A DNA stretch of 64,000 bases from Sminthopsis crassicaudata. Lineage: Eukaryota. Positions 1 to 12,474 of the stretch are shown one piece after another. Location of the stretch: positions 173,118,454 through 173,182,453 of the forward strand of contig NC_133619.1 in the NCBI RefSeq assembly GCF_048593235.1, written 5' to 3'. Both the position numbers and the translations under genes were made by a program. Within the stretch, counting starts at the first letter, position 1. Each line of letters begins with the position of its first letter. A model generated the notes under the pieces. It worked only from the letters and a program-made list of their open reading frames with translations. It was not told the DNA's origin and did no database searches.

Positions 1-39
1 CTTGTCCATACAATCCAAAAGCAGAGAAAAAAATTTAAA

Positions 40-150
40 AAGCATTTGTTAAGCACTTAGTATGTGCCAGTGGCACTCTGCTAGGTGCTGGGGATACAGA
101 CAGAAGCAAAGAAATCCTTGTTCTCTCATTTTAATGGGAGAGGACAGGAC
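40..150 (-). mobile_element. L2 LINE 3' end fragment
   Basis: aagcatttgttaagcacttagtatgtgccag...ctaggtgctggggataca resembles the reverse complement of the L2 3' terminus. Confidence 0.65.
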
Positions 151-1599
151 ATAAGGGGAAATTAGAAAAAGAGAAGGGATATGTAGCATGGAGGGAAGAT
201 GGTCAGGAAATGGTATGGAGTCCTGGTTTCTATTAAGATAAGGTCAATAATCAGCTATCAGAACTAGGGAATGCAGAAGATGAGTACAATGTCCCAATCC
301 AAAAACTGGCAGAAAATGAGTGTACAGAAGAAAATGACTCAACAATGAAAATATACTATAGATTGAAAGAAGCCCAAGAAATTAAAATAAAGAGTAACAT
401 CAAACAAGTCAAAGGAAATGCTCAGAGAAAAGAATGTTTTGGCCACAGGGAATACTAGAATAGCTGGTAGAAATGAAGTTAGAGATATACAGTGTAATGT
501 TAAATGAAATGACAGGGAAGAAAGAATGGCAAGTAGAATAGGTTAGAACAGAAGGTCAAGAACCAGTCTCCCCAAAGATAAGAATGACTGAAACAAAATG
601 TAATTTTATAAGAAAACAAAACTCTAAAAGAATAAAAAAATAGAAAAAATATAAATGATATACTATCAAAGCCAGATATATTTAGTAATTTAAGACTGAA
701 TACCTGAAAAACATGACCAAAAACCTGGGATTCCATATTTTAAGAAATTACAATCTTCATTATCTTCATCACTATATGCTGTACACATAAATTTTATAGA
801 TTTATTTATATAAAATGTTTATATATTATTTATAATTAAATGTATTTATACAAAATATTTTATGTATATATTTTATATTTAAACTATATGTATATTTATT
901 AAATTTTATATAGTGCTTTAAAAGTAATTTGGAAGGTAGAGGTTACTATTCCTCTTTTACATATGATGAAACAAACTTAGTTCATTGATTTGTCCAAAAT
1001 CACTTGGCTAATGAATATTTAAGATAGGATTCAAACTCAGGTCTTCTTGATCTTCAGTTCCAGTGCTATCTCATAAAGGAAAACTCATTTATTAGAGCCA
1101 GAGGACAATGAAAACAGAAGTGATCCACTGTCATCCTCCGAAAGAATTCCCAAAATAAAATGAAAAGTAGACAGCTAACATTTCTCTTTTTTAAAAGGGG
1201 GGAAAAAAGTTAAAATTGTGTTAAAGTAGTGATGAAATCGAAAGAGAAGAGCTGAACAAATCGACATATTTTCTGAAAGAATCAAATCTCAATCTATGAA
1301 AACACAGGGGGCCTTTTTTTCCCCCCCACCAAACCTGATCTTCAGGACAAGGGACCAATTTTCCAAATTACAAACTTTGGATAGCAAGAGCAAAATAAAA
1401 CCCCAGAATAATGAAAAACTGTTGTATAAACAAGTCAAAAGGAAAAAAAAAAAGTATCAATGTGGGAAGGCGATATTGAGAAAAAGGAGAGGGCCAGGGA
1501 AAGAAGAGAGAAAGTAGAAGAGGGAGAGGGAAACAAGGAGGAAGAGAGGAGGAGGAGAGAGAGAAATGGAGATAGATGATAGGTGGAAGACATATAGAT

Positions 1600-2200
1600 A
1601 TCACAATGTGCCAGGCAAACATAGAATCACAGAATATCAGAATTAGAAGGAACCTGCTACATACATCTGACAAATTATCCAGTCTAAGCCAGACTTCCAA
1701 AGAGGGGGAAATCACTTCTTCCCAAAACTTAATACTTCATTCCACTTCTGAATGGCTAGAAAAGTATGCTAGGAAACTTTTTTTAATCTTAAATTTGCCT
1801 CTTTGCAACTTTTATCCACTATTTCTAATTCTGTCCCATGGGGCCAAGCAAGAAAAGAGAGTTTTTTAAAAACCCTTTTTCATGTGATAATCCCTCAAAT
1901 ACTTAAAGATAGTTATTATGTCTTGACTCCTCCCTACTCCATTTTCACTTATTCAGGCTAAATATCACTAATTTCTCCAAATGACCCTTGAATAAAATGA
2001 ACTCAAGGCCTTTCATCATTTTGGATGACCTTACTCTTGATGTCCTTTGGCTCACTGATATCCATCTTAAAATATGATTTGGACCAACTATAATAGGTAC
2101 TACCATCTCCTTGTTGCTACATTCCTGGTCTATCTCTCATTACAATCTAAATGGATCAAGTGATTTGAACTTATCATGGGCATCTAGGTGCTCTTTATCA
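1600..2200 (-). mobile_element. CR1/L3 LINE relic
   Basis: The reverse complement resembles the CR1 RT end and 3' UTR (gataactatctttaagtatttga...) and the plus-strand copies at about 14.1 kb and 33.4 kb. Boundaries are approximate. Confidence 0.6.
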
Positions 2201-2299
2201 AAAGTACCAAATTACTGTTAACCATTTTGTTTTCTCCTTTCCTGTCTAAGAATCATTATCATTAGCCAAGAAAATAAATAAAGATTAAGCAATACTTTC

Positions 2300-3610
2300 T
2301 TCTCTCTAAAATCACCAATGATCTCTTAATTGCAAAATCTAATTGAAAAAAAAATTTTTTTTTCAATCTGCATCCTTTTTGGTTCTCTCTTTGACCGCCT
2401 TTAATGTTATTGAGGATCCTCTTCTTGGTACTGTATTTTCCTCCTGGGTTTTTGTGACACTTTTATCTTCTGTTTCTCCTATTACCTGTTGAATCCTTCC
2501 TTTTCAATTTTCTTTGCAAGATCATCCAGATCACACTCACGAACCCTGGGTGCCCCGCAAAGATTCTGTCCTGAGCCTTTCTTTTTTAATTTAAGCTTTT
2601 TATTTACTAAACATGCATGGGTAATTTTTCAACATTGACCCTTACAAAACTTTGTGTTCCAAATTTTCCCTGCCTTCTCCCCACCCCCTCTCCTAGATGG
2701 CAGGTAGTCCAATACATGTTAAATATGTTAAAATATATGTTAAATCCACTATATGTGTATATATTTATATAGTTATATTACTGAGCCTTTCTTTGTAATT
2801 TCTCAATACTACGGTTTTTAGTGATCTCATCTGCTCCTGTGGAAAATGATCAGATTTAGACAGATACCTCCAAGTTCTCCTGATAGCCAGTCTTGAATCT
2901 CCAACTATTTACTGGGCAGTTTGAAGTAGATATCCCAGAAAGCTTAAACAAAACATGTCTAAAACTGAACTTATTTTCTTTTGCTCAAACCCCTCATCTC
3001 TTCCTAACATCACTATTCTTGTCAAAAAATATCACTATATCCTCCCCACCACAGTCAACCTAGGCTCATAACTTAGGATTTATCTTTGACTCTTCATTAT
3101 TTCATTCCCGGTATCCAGTAAGTTTTCATGTCGCATCAATTCTGTCTTTGTAACATCTCTTGTATGTGTCCATTTCTCTTCCATCACTGCCATTACTCTT
3201 ATCACCTCATGCCTGAACTACTAAAATCACTTTCTGGTGGATTACCTTCAGTCAAATCTCTCCCTACTCTAGTCAGCTGCCAAATTGATTTTTCTAAAGT
3301 GCAAGTCTCACTGTGTTATCCCCTTTTCTATAAAGTCAAGTAGCTTTCTATTATCTCCAGGATCAAATATAAAATCCTGTGTTAGGCTTTTAAATTCCTT
3401 CAAAATCTGGTCCCTTCTCTACATAATCTGGGATCTGGTGATACAGTCCCATTTAGTATTCCTCAAATGCAACATCCAACTCTAGGCATTTTCACAGATG
3501 CCCACCATATCTAAAATTCTCTTCTGTCTCCTGGCTTCCTTCTTTTAAGACTTCTGTAAGAAGTCTTTCTTAATCTTCTCTCTGGAACTATTCTCAATCT
3601 AATTCTTATG
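2300..3610 (+). mobile_element. L2 LINE relic, interrupted by a short L1 tail
   Basis: Pyrimidine-rich L2-like ORF2 and 3' sequence (ctcttaattgcaaaatctaat..., tctaaaactgaactta...). Confidence 0.65.
2571..2794 (-). mobile_element. 5'-truncated L1 3'-end insertion (~195 bp) with a 14-bp TSD
   Basis: Perfect direct repeat ctgagcctttcttt at 2571-2584 and 2781-2794. The insert resembles the marsupial L1 3' UTR in reverse. Confidence 0.85.
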
Positions 3611-3619
3611 TAGATTTTT

Positions 3620-4620
3620 AAAAATTACATTTTATTTGTTTCAAACAGAAAAAAATCCACATTCTCCTTACTCCTCCCAAGTGAGAACAAAAGAAAAATA
3701 AGACTCTTTATAAACATATGTCATGCAAAGATAGTTTTCAACATTCATTCTTGCAAAACATTGTGTTCCAAATTTTTCTCCCTTACTCCCCACTTTTCCT
3801 CTTCCCTAGAAGAGTTGTAATCCAATAGAGGACAAGAAGTAATCCAATATAGGATAAATATGTACAATTCTTCTAAATATATTTCCATATTTATCATGCT
3901 GTCCAAGAAAAATTAGATTAAAAGGGGAAAAAAAGAAAGAAAAAAACAAGCAAGCAAACAACAACTACAAAAAAGGTGAAATTACTATATTGTGATCCAC
4001 TCAATTTCTGAATGCAGATGGCTCTCTCCATCACAAGACATTGCTCTGAATCACCTCATTGTTGAAAAGAGCCATATACATTACATTTGATCATCATATA
4101 ATCTTGTTGTTGTATACAATGTACTCTTGATTACTTCACTTAGCATCAGTTCATCTAAGTCTCTCCAGGCCTTCCTGAAATAAGTTTGTTGATCATTTCT
4201 TATGGAACAATAATATTCCATTCTATATGCATAACTTATTCAGCTATTCCCCAATTGATGATGAGTCAGTTTCCAATTCCTTGCCACAAACATTTTTCAC
4301 ATTATGATCTCTTTGGGATACAATTCCAGTACAGACATTGCTGGATCAAAAGGTACGCACAGTAGAAACATATAAAGGCAATCAAGAATTTCTATGTTGT
4401 CCATGTTCAAAAAATAATGGTTACATTATTTTGCAATCTTTCACCTCTATCAAGAAGTAGATAACATATTTTATTAAATGGTAATAAATGATGGTAAGAA
4501 TTTTTCATCTTCCAAAATTGTTTGCTTTTACAAAATTATTGTCACTGTATAATTTGTTTTCCTTTCACTCTATATCAGTTCATACAAGTTTTCCTAGGAT
4601 TTTCTGAAGCCATTTCATTT
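3620..4620 (-). mobile_element. L1 3' region (ORF2 end and 3' UTR)
   Basis: Contains reverse-strand L1 3' motifs (cttcacttagcatcagttcat..., aataatattccat..., ttattcagctattccccaattgatg). Confidence 0.8.
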
Positions 4621-7330
4621 ATCTTTCATTTATCATTTCTTACAGCACAACAGATTTCTATTTATATGCCACAACTTGCTGTTGTAGACCCTTAGATTCC
4701 CATTCCTTGACATTCCAAAAAAGAACTCTAAATATTTTTGTATACCTTAAAGTTTGTTTTGCTTAGGACTAATCCCTCTTTTAAATCCCTCTTTTTCTAA
4801 TTCCTTTTACCTTCTCTCTATTTTCTCTAATAAATGAAATATATTTCTATATCCAACTAGATATGCATGTTTTCTTCCTTGTACATGTTTAAATGAGAAC
4901 ATCAATTGCTCTTCCCACCTCTTCATTGTTTGTATAGATGTCTACTAAAGCATCCTAATTACATAAGATGATTTTTCCTAACCTTCTTTCCCCTTACACT
5001 CCCTCTTCCCATGACCAGTATTTCCTCTTTCCCTGCCTTTCCATTCTTTATTTAATATCATGAAGACAAAACCAAACTACTCTCAGATCTTGCCTCTTTA
5101 GATTTCCTCTGTGACTCCGATGACAAGGTTTACTAGCTTCAAAAACAGTCTGTGCTTGTTTAGTCCTTTATTCATGTTTACCTTTTTATGATCCCCTTAA
5201 TTCCTGTGTTTGAACTTGTCAAGATTAGGAGGAACCCTGTTTTTCCACAGCCAAGGCCCAGCAAGCAGGCTGTGCCCTGAGTTTGGCACAATAACAATCT
5301 TTTGCTCTCATTCTCTGGCAACATGCATTGCTCTGACCAGCAACAGGTGTTCTCTAAAGATTTATGATTTTCATGTTAATTGTAACTACTTAGATTTGCT
5401 GGACTTTCCTATTTCCTGGGGACCTGAGAGCCAGCAAAAAGTTATCAATAATACTTCCAGACAGTTTAACAATTCCCATACTTGCAATTGCTAAGTGAAT
5501 CAAACCAAGATGTTGCACTCCTGTTCCTGCCACTTGAGACAATCAACTTAGAGATTGTTCCCACAGCACCCAAAAACACCTCCATTATCCCCAAAATGTC
5601 TGCGTGCATGGGCCTGCCATGGGAACTGTTTCCTTAAGACTTACGAATGCCTGTGTTGGGTCCCGCCTTTTGTGGTTTTCATGCAAAAAAGCTCTATTCC
5701 TACCACAAATCATAATCTCTCTTTTCTGGGGAACTTTGATTTTCAAACCTGTTTTCCTCACTGTAATTAAACTTTGATTCCTCCTGTCTCTAGCCTGCTT
5801 TGTTTGGCTTTGGCCTGTTACAATCGGGTTGACAAAATTAAAAGTTTCTTTGTAGCTTTGGTCTTTTCATCGGGAATGTTTGGAAATCTTCTATCCCATT
5901 AAAGAGCCATGTTTTCCCCTTCCGACATTATACTCAGTTTTGACAACTAAGTTATTCTTGGATGAAGTTTATATCCTTTCCCTTCTGGAACACTGTATTC
6001 CAAATACTTTGCTTCTTTATAGTAGTAACTGCCAAAAAATGTGTGATCCTACTGTAGGTCCTCAGTATTTGAATTCTTTTTTCCCCTGGCTGCTTGGGGT
6101 AATTTTTTTTTTTTTAAACTTAGAAACTATGGCTATGATATTCTTGAGAGTTTTCATTTGGGGAGTTTCTTTCGGGAGGTAACCACTATTTTTACTTTGC
6201 CCTCTTGTTCTAAAAGAGAGCTGCAGTTTTCTTTTAAGATTTCTTGAAATATGATGTTTGGGCTTTACTTTTAGTCATGATTTTCAGATGGTCTAATGAT
6301 TTTTAATTTTTTTCTCCTTTTTCTGTTTTTCAAATTAGTTTTTGCTCTGAGATACCTTACATTTCTTTTTATTTTTTCAATTTCTTTGACTTTGTACTCA
6401 AGGTATGTTTTTCTCTGAGGCTTTGCTTGCAGATATTTTAGAATTATTTTCTTCTGGTTTATATTTTGAATTGCCCCACCATTATAATACCTATTTAGGG
6501 TAGAACTCTTTTTTAAATTTTTTTCATTCTGCCAGCCAACTTTCTCACTTTGGACTTGATGTTAGGGCTGTGCTGTGCTGCATTTTTAGAGGAAGGATTG
6601 GATGCTTTCTTAGTATATTGAGTACTGTTGTTCCAGAATTTCTGCAAAGGCTGTAGACCTGAAAGTTTTCAGTGCTTTCAAAGTGGTCTAACTGAGAGCA
6701 AAGATTAATTGCTTCTCTCTTGCTCTAAGCTCTGCAAGTTCCTGACCTGGTTTTCAGTCTGAGCAACAAAAGACTGCTGCTGAACTCAGCTTCTATCAGT
6801 CAGCTAGAAAGCTCTGTTGGTTCAGAGTGACAGAATTATACATTTCTCTTTGGTCTAAAATTCCTTCTTTTGTAGAGTAGGCTAGCTGCTAGAATTGAAA
6901 CCCTGTTCTACTCTTAAAGTCTGGGGCACATAGTTGCTGTTTGCTTCTATTTTCTAGGTATATTACTCAGGATCTCCCTATAGGGGAATGCTAACCTATG
7001 TACAGGTTCACTTTGGAGCTCTGACTGAAAATGGGTCACCATTCACCAAAGATACCAATTTAGCATTTGTCCTTCTAATAGTATCCCATTGTGGGTCTGG
7101 GACTTCTTGCTCTGGTGCACAGACACTCCCTGGCCATGAAGTGATCCTCAACAGTCCTTCTCTCTCTTAGGCCCCATTATTCACATTCCCCATTATTCTC
7201 TGGCTACTTATGCTGGGCAAATGACTCACTGTGACTTTTTCTGGATTTTCTTAACAGGATTAAGTCTGGTATATTCAGATCTGTTTGGAGGAATTTTATG
7301 GAGGTGAGCTCAGTTGAAGTGCTTCCTACC
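4620..7330 (-). mobile_element. Old L1 5' UTR/ORF1 relic, split by an LTR at 5217-5834
   Basis: T-rich degenerate L1 sequence. It reads through continuously (cctgtgtttgaact ... gctttggtcttttcatcgggaatgtttggaaatc) once the LTR is removed. Confidence 0.6.
5217..5834 (+). mobile_element. Probable solo ERV LTR (618 bp)
   Basis: Termini TGTCAA...TTGACA form an inverted repeat. The imperfect 5-bp TSD is gaact/aaatt. It has attaaa at 5766-5771 before a U5-like tail, higher GC and retained CpGs, and it interrupts an L1. Confidence 0.7.
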
Positions 7331-10300
7331 ACTCCACCACCTTAGCTTTCTATCCCATATATATTTTGCTTGTATGTAGTTGTTTGAATATTTTCTACAT
7401 AAGAGTGAGCCTAAGAGTGCAGGCTGTTTTGCTTTTCTTTATATCACTAGCACAGTATCCATAACAGACCCTTAAATTACTGAGAAACAATTTCATCCCT
7501 TTTTTGATTCTCCTCTTTTTCCCCAGTAGAGTTTAGAACAACAAAAACATCTTTTTGATCAAGATTCCTTACTAGCCTCAGCTCATTCTGAGTTCCAACA
7601 CTGTTAACATAATTCCTACAGAAATAATAGAAGATATTGGAGCCTTTCCTGATAATTATAGTACACGTAATTATAATTTGTAGATAGAAGAATACTGCAT
7701 GAATCTTTGGAGTTATCTCCAAACAATTTATATGTCTAAATAACACTACTGGCAGAGGCTTCCTGCTAGCACAAAGGACCTAAATGCACTCTGGATACTT
7801 TATTCTCTGACTTGTTGCCCTGACAACAGCAGAATCTATAAAACTTCAGTATCTCTGGGCATCTACCAAGGATAGACTCCAACTCTCCTTACAAGCACTC
7901 AGGTTAACAAAGCTTCCAAATGCAAAGTGAAGTATATAGAAAAGACTGTTACCCAAGTCCATAGCCAGAGTCAATTGGATTCATTATTCTATATGTCACG
8001 ATGTTTCCAGAAACTTAGACAATTTCTATGATGTACAATTCTGTCGTTAGTAAGGGCCCCAAATTCAAAAGACTGAGTTTTGCTCCTATACGGCTGTGCT
8101 CTTTTCCGCCCTTTCATCTACTCCCCCTCCAAGCTCCCAAGAGGATATTTTACCAGCAGTTCTAGTCACTGCCCCCATGTAGTTCTTACGTCACAGGGGT
8201 CTCTTTGTTATTGCCATCACTCAGTTCTACTGCTATCCTCAGTTTAATTCTTTTCTCTTTAAGCAACTAACTTTTTATTATTTGATCTATGGAATGAATC
8301 TCAAAGTATGACATCTCTTTTATCCCCCTAGCTTTTAAAATTTTTCTGTTTTGTTTTTGTTTTAAACCTTCAGGCTCTACAGCCCACTCTGCACATACAT
8401 GGCTTTTTTAGGTAGCTGGGGAAACTCCCTCCTTCCATTCTGGATACAATGACTCATTCATGGTGAATCTATCCCACTTGCCTCTTCTAGAAGTCGGACC
8501 ATGTACCACCTCTTTGCATCAGCAGATTCCAATGAATCAATCAATTATTTTCTGGTTTCCTTTAACACAGAAGACCCCTCACTTTTTATTGAAAATGCTC
8601 CAAAAGAGAAGTGAGAATGGGGAATCTGGTACTTATAGAAGGTGTACTTACCATATCTACACTATATATGATTTAAAATTTAACCAATAACTTCTGGCAA
8701 ACTGAAATTAGAAATATGTTCTTAAAGTGAACTAATATTTCAATGATTTAGACATATTTTTCTTTAACTTTTATGTCTATACTCTATTTCTTGCCCAAAT
8801 TTCCTCCCTGATTTCTCCCTGATTCCCAAAGGCTATATCATCATAGCACAAGCTCTAGCAGGTCCTAACGAAGCTGCAAAAATTTTGAGCATGGATCTCT
8901 AGATGGACTGATTATGTCTGTTGCTTAAAAACTAACTTATTTAAATTCAAGTTATCTACCAACTTACAGTGGAATAGTGAGGTGGGTTCATCTTAAAAAT
9001 ACTTATATTAACAAAATTATGTACCCTTGTAGTTGGTGCTTTATTTATTTAGTGGGAGAAGTATTTCCAGACTCTTTTGCTTATTTCACTTTGCTTCAGT
9101 TGATATAAAGTCTACCTATGTTTCTCTATATTTTTCATATTCATCATTTCTTAGAGCACAGCAATGTTATTCTACATACCATAAATTATACTGTCATTTC
9201 TCAATAGATATAAATGGCCAGATTTATAGTATTTAGTTTACTACTAACAAGAAAACTACAATAAGCATTTTTGTGATTATAGGAACTTTTGTCTTATCTT
9301 TAACCTCCTTGGAGAAGTTAGTAATAGGATCTCTTAGTCAAAGGGTAAGAACATTTTAGAAACTTTCTTATAATAATTCCCTATTTCTTTCCAAAATAGT
9401 TGGATTAATTTGAAGCTTCACCAATTGGCATATTATAGTACCCATCTTTCCATCATTAACTAACTCCATCTTTTGCAATACTCTTTTCTTAAACACTCAC
9501 ATGTATAGTATTCTTTTGAGAAACCCAATAAAAAATCTTACTGAGTACTGCATTAATTAAATTAGTTAAAGAATTAAAGACAAATATTAGGGGGATAGTT
9601 TTAAAGCCACTGGTAAGGCTGAATGCAAGGGCTACCAGAGAAGTTCAGGGTCCCTCCCTTCTATTAAGTTCTTCCTGACAAAAAAACAGGCCTGATGGGA
9701 TGAAAGCCAACTCCTAAGACAACTAAAAAGACTGGTGGCGTTAGCTTTCACTCCTAGGACTGCACTGTCACTCTGCTGAGGAAGAAGCAGCAGGAACTGA
9801 AACTTCCAAGGAGCTTCACAATTTCGTCTCCCAAGGCAAACTGGTGTATTGTCATCTTGACTTTCTCCTTTATGAAGCCACAAAAAATTGTGATTGTCCA
9901 TCTGGAAGCCAAATTTAACCTGAGAACACTTACATAAGCCCCTTAGAGAAGTTGGAACCTGTGCTAACTTACTCTAAATAGTCCTTTAATAGACCCTGCA
10001 GCTGACAGTGTATTATGATTTGCATCTTACTTAACAACCACTCATGTCTCCTCGTGCTATAAGAGTACTACCTATGTTCTACTTTGTTCATCTCATTAGC
10101 ATTGGGATTTAAATGACTACAGTATTTCTCTAAGATTGCCTTCTAAGGGAGGAAGGATATTGCAGTCTGCATTTATGTGGGAGCACCAACACCCATGAAG
10201 TTCTGCATCCTTGAAATAGCACAGTATTATCTCTTTTAAACACACCTTTAAAAAGCAACTAAGATTTTTTTTTTCTCCAACAAGGAATCCAATCTTGTCT

Positions 10301-10859
10301 TGAACAAAAGTGTCCTGAATAGGGTTGGATTACTCCAAAGAATCAGGCCAGGAAGATTTCCATGACGCCAGGCCCCAAGGTAGAATTTCCAGTCAGGATC
10401 CCAGCTACTCCATTTCTCCCATCCTCCTCCCCTATTCTTGACGGTTTTGTTTTAGTTTCTTAACTGATTGTACTGTATCTATAATGGCATACTTAGCAAT
10501 ACTGTGAACTCTCAATTTTCCATAAGAAGCAGGACAAAATTAAATCCACTGAAATCTAGTCAACGGTTCTCCTGCCCTCCCCAAGATTTTTGAGAGATGC
10601 AACATAATAAATAAGTCTTTATTTTAGTTTTTTCTTTGCAGCATCCTTCTTCTACCACTACTTCATCCCCTACATAAAGTTAGAACTTATACCTTCCCAT
10701 GAAGTAAGTATGAAGAAATTGTGCAAATTTACCCTAGAGGACTTCCAAGGGAGGAAAGTAATTTGGCAATATAGTTCAATTGAGCTCTCTCAATATTCTC
10801 CTCCAAGTGACTTTAAAATAACTCCTCAGACTGAATTCTAGAGTTGGCAGGACCAAGAA

Positions 10860-11430
10860 AAGATCAGAGTGAGATATTCCTCCAGTTCAACACAGCTTAG
10901 CAAGTTGGAAAGAGAGATCTATGATACGGGGGTGAAGATCAGTCTGGAGAGTGGGGGGACAGCAATGGTGGAACTAGAAGGTGGGGAAAGGAGCAGCAAC
11001 AGCTTAAGAAGCTCTCAAGCTAGAGACAGTAAAGGTTCCTGGCAAACAGACAGAAAGAGGTTCCAGGGGACCCTTGTGCTAGCACTGCATGCGGGACCAG
11101 ATACTGTTTGGCAACTCCATTGCCTACAACAACTTTTGGATCATAGTTCGAGGGAGGAGAGGAGCATTTTCAGTTGAGAAAGGGGAAACCCTGAGGAGCA
11201 GTATCATTTTGGTGACTAGGAATCAGGGACTTAAGAAACAAATTAATTGCAATTCCAAGAGATCAGGGACTCACTCACTCTAAGAAACAGAGTGCAGAGC
11301 AGAAGAGTGATGATCACACTTCCCCCTGGATCACACCACTTGGAAGCACCCCAAACTTCCAAATCCCCAGAACTAGCTCTGAAAATAACAGTGCAGGAAA
11401 AGCCTGAAGCTTGAGATAATTCCCTTCACA
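10860..11430 (+). mobile_element. Isolated marsupial L1 5' UTR-like fragment
   Basis: ggatcacaccacttggaagcac...cagaactagctctgaaaa...aagcctgaagcttg resembles recalled marsupial L1 5' UTR sequence. ORFs 10869..11177 and 11089..11283 fall inside it. Confidence 0.55.
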
Positions 11431-12078
11431 CTTATTTTTCTCACCAATTTAAAAAAGGGGAAAAAAAAGAGACGATTAACTAATTCCTTAAATTAAAATA
11501 ACAAATATGCCTAGTCAAGCAAAACAAATTTCTATATTGGCCCTATAAAACTATTTCTCTCATTTTGCACCTTAAATCTATCTTCTTCTTTGAGGAAGTG
11601 AGTAACCTATTTCATTATGGATCCTCCAAAATTATGGCTGGTCATTAGGTTAATCAGAGTTGTTTGTCTCTATAATACCTAAAACTTCTTATACTTTATA
11701 CCAATTTTTTCTACAACTCTAAAGCATATGCTGATGAATGGCAAATTACCTAAGCAACAGAATGAGGAAAAGAAGCAAAAATCTATATAGCTTATCGTTT
11801 AGATGTGGTCTCTGAAGAAATAAAGCACTGATGAAAATATGAGTATAGTGTAATTTAAAATATGAGTATAGTGAAACTTGGAGAAAAAAAATTAGAGGTC
11901 AACAAAATTTTAAAAATATAAAAATCATTCTTAGCTTATAGGGCAAAAATAGGCAGAGGGACTGGATTAAGCCTGTGAACTGTAGTTTTCCTAGTTCTGG
12001 TCTAACACATTATTTGCAAAGGACATCTACTATAGTCTCTTCTTTCAGATTAAGCATGAAAAAAAAAAAAAAGTTTAC

Positions 12079-12264
12079 CTGCATGAATGTATGACATTCG
12101 GTAACAAATGGCCCCTTTGTGACCTGTTTAAATTTTTCACATATATCTGGGAAATTAGTGGCTTCCAAAATAGAGGCTTGGTGTTGTTTAATTAATGTTA
12201 AGGCCACACGAAAGATAATTTTTGAACCCTCATAGAATAAACAATCCCAAATTCGGAGTACAGT
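12079..12264 (-). CDS. GRTP1: GRTP1 coding exon 7 (186 nt): TVLRIWDCLFYEGSKIIFRVALTLIKQHQASILEATNFPDICEKFKQVTKGPFVTECHTFMQ
   Basis: Lies within ORF 12010..12297 and contains the TBC C-terminal RIWDCLF.EG motif. Acceptor ttctgcag| and donor |gtaaac. Confidence 0.97.
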
Positions 12265-12474
12265 CTGCAGAAAAACAAAATTGGAAAAACAGACCACCTA
12301 ATTATAATGTAATTATTACATATAATATGTACAATATATATTGTATTATATATTATATGCATTATAATATAAATATTACACACAAATTATTATATATAAG
12401 AAGAGTTAAATATATGCCTGAGGATTTTTAAAATGCTAAGGAAATATCATAGTGAAATGCATTTAAGTCCTTAC

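Noticed and set aside
1210-1273. Minus-strand ttctttcag|AAAATA (KI...) as the GRTP1 terminal exon
   Set aside because: It continues KICRFVQLFSFDFITTLTQF*, with no similarity to the KIF.EPGSLS terminal exon.
7477-7631. Minus-strand acceptor (tatttctgtag) followed by a protein-like tail (NYVNSVGT...DEIVSQ*), as an alternative GRTP1 last exon
   Set aside because: Exon 7 ends in phase 0, which would read ELC* here. No similarity to the GRTP1 C-terminus.
7576-8076. Plus-strand frame with only 5 stops in 167 codons (possible decayed viral or transposon coding relic)
   Set aside because: About 11 stops would be expected at this composition, so the deficit is unremarkable after scanning six frames over 64 kb. 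No recognisable motif. A tBLASTx search against viral proteins would settle it.
8165-8185. CTCF-like motif (CTACATGGGGGCAGTG on the minus strand)
   Set aside because: It mismatches two of the most constrained positions.
1-12000. 3' end of LAMP1, the tail-to-tail neighbour of GRTP1 in human
   Set aside because: No LIPIAVGGALAG or GYQTI coding sequence was found on the plus strand.
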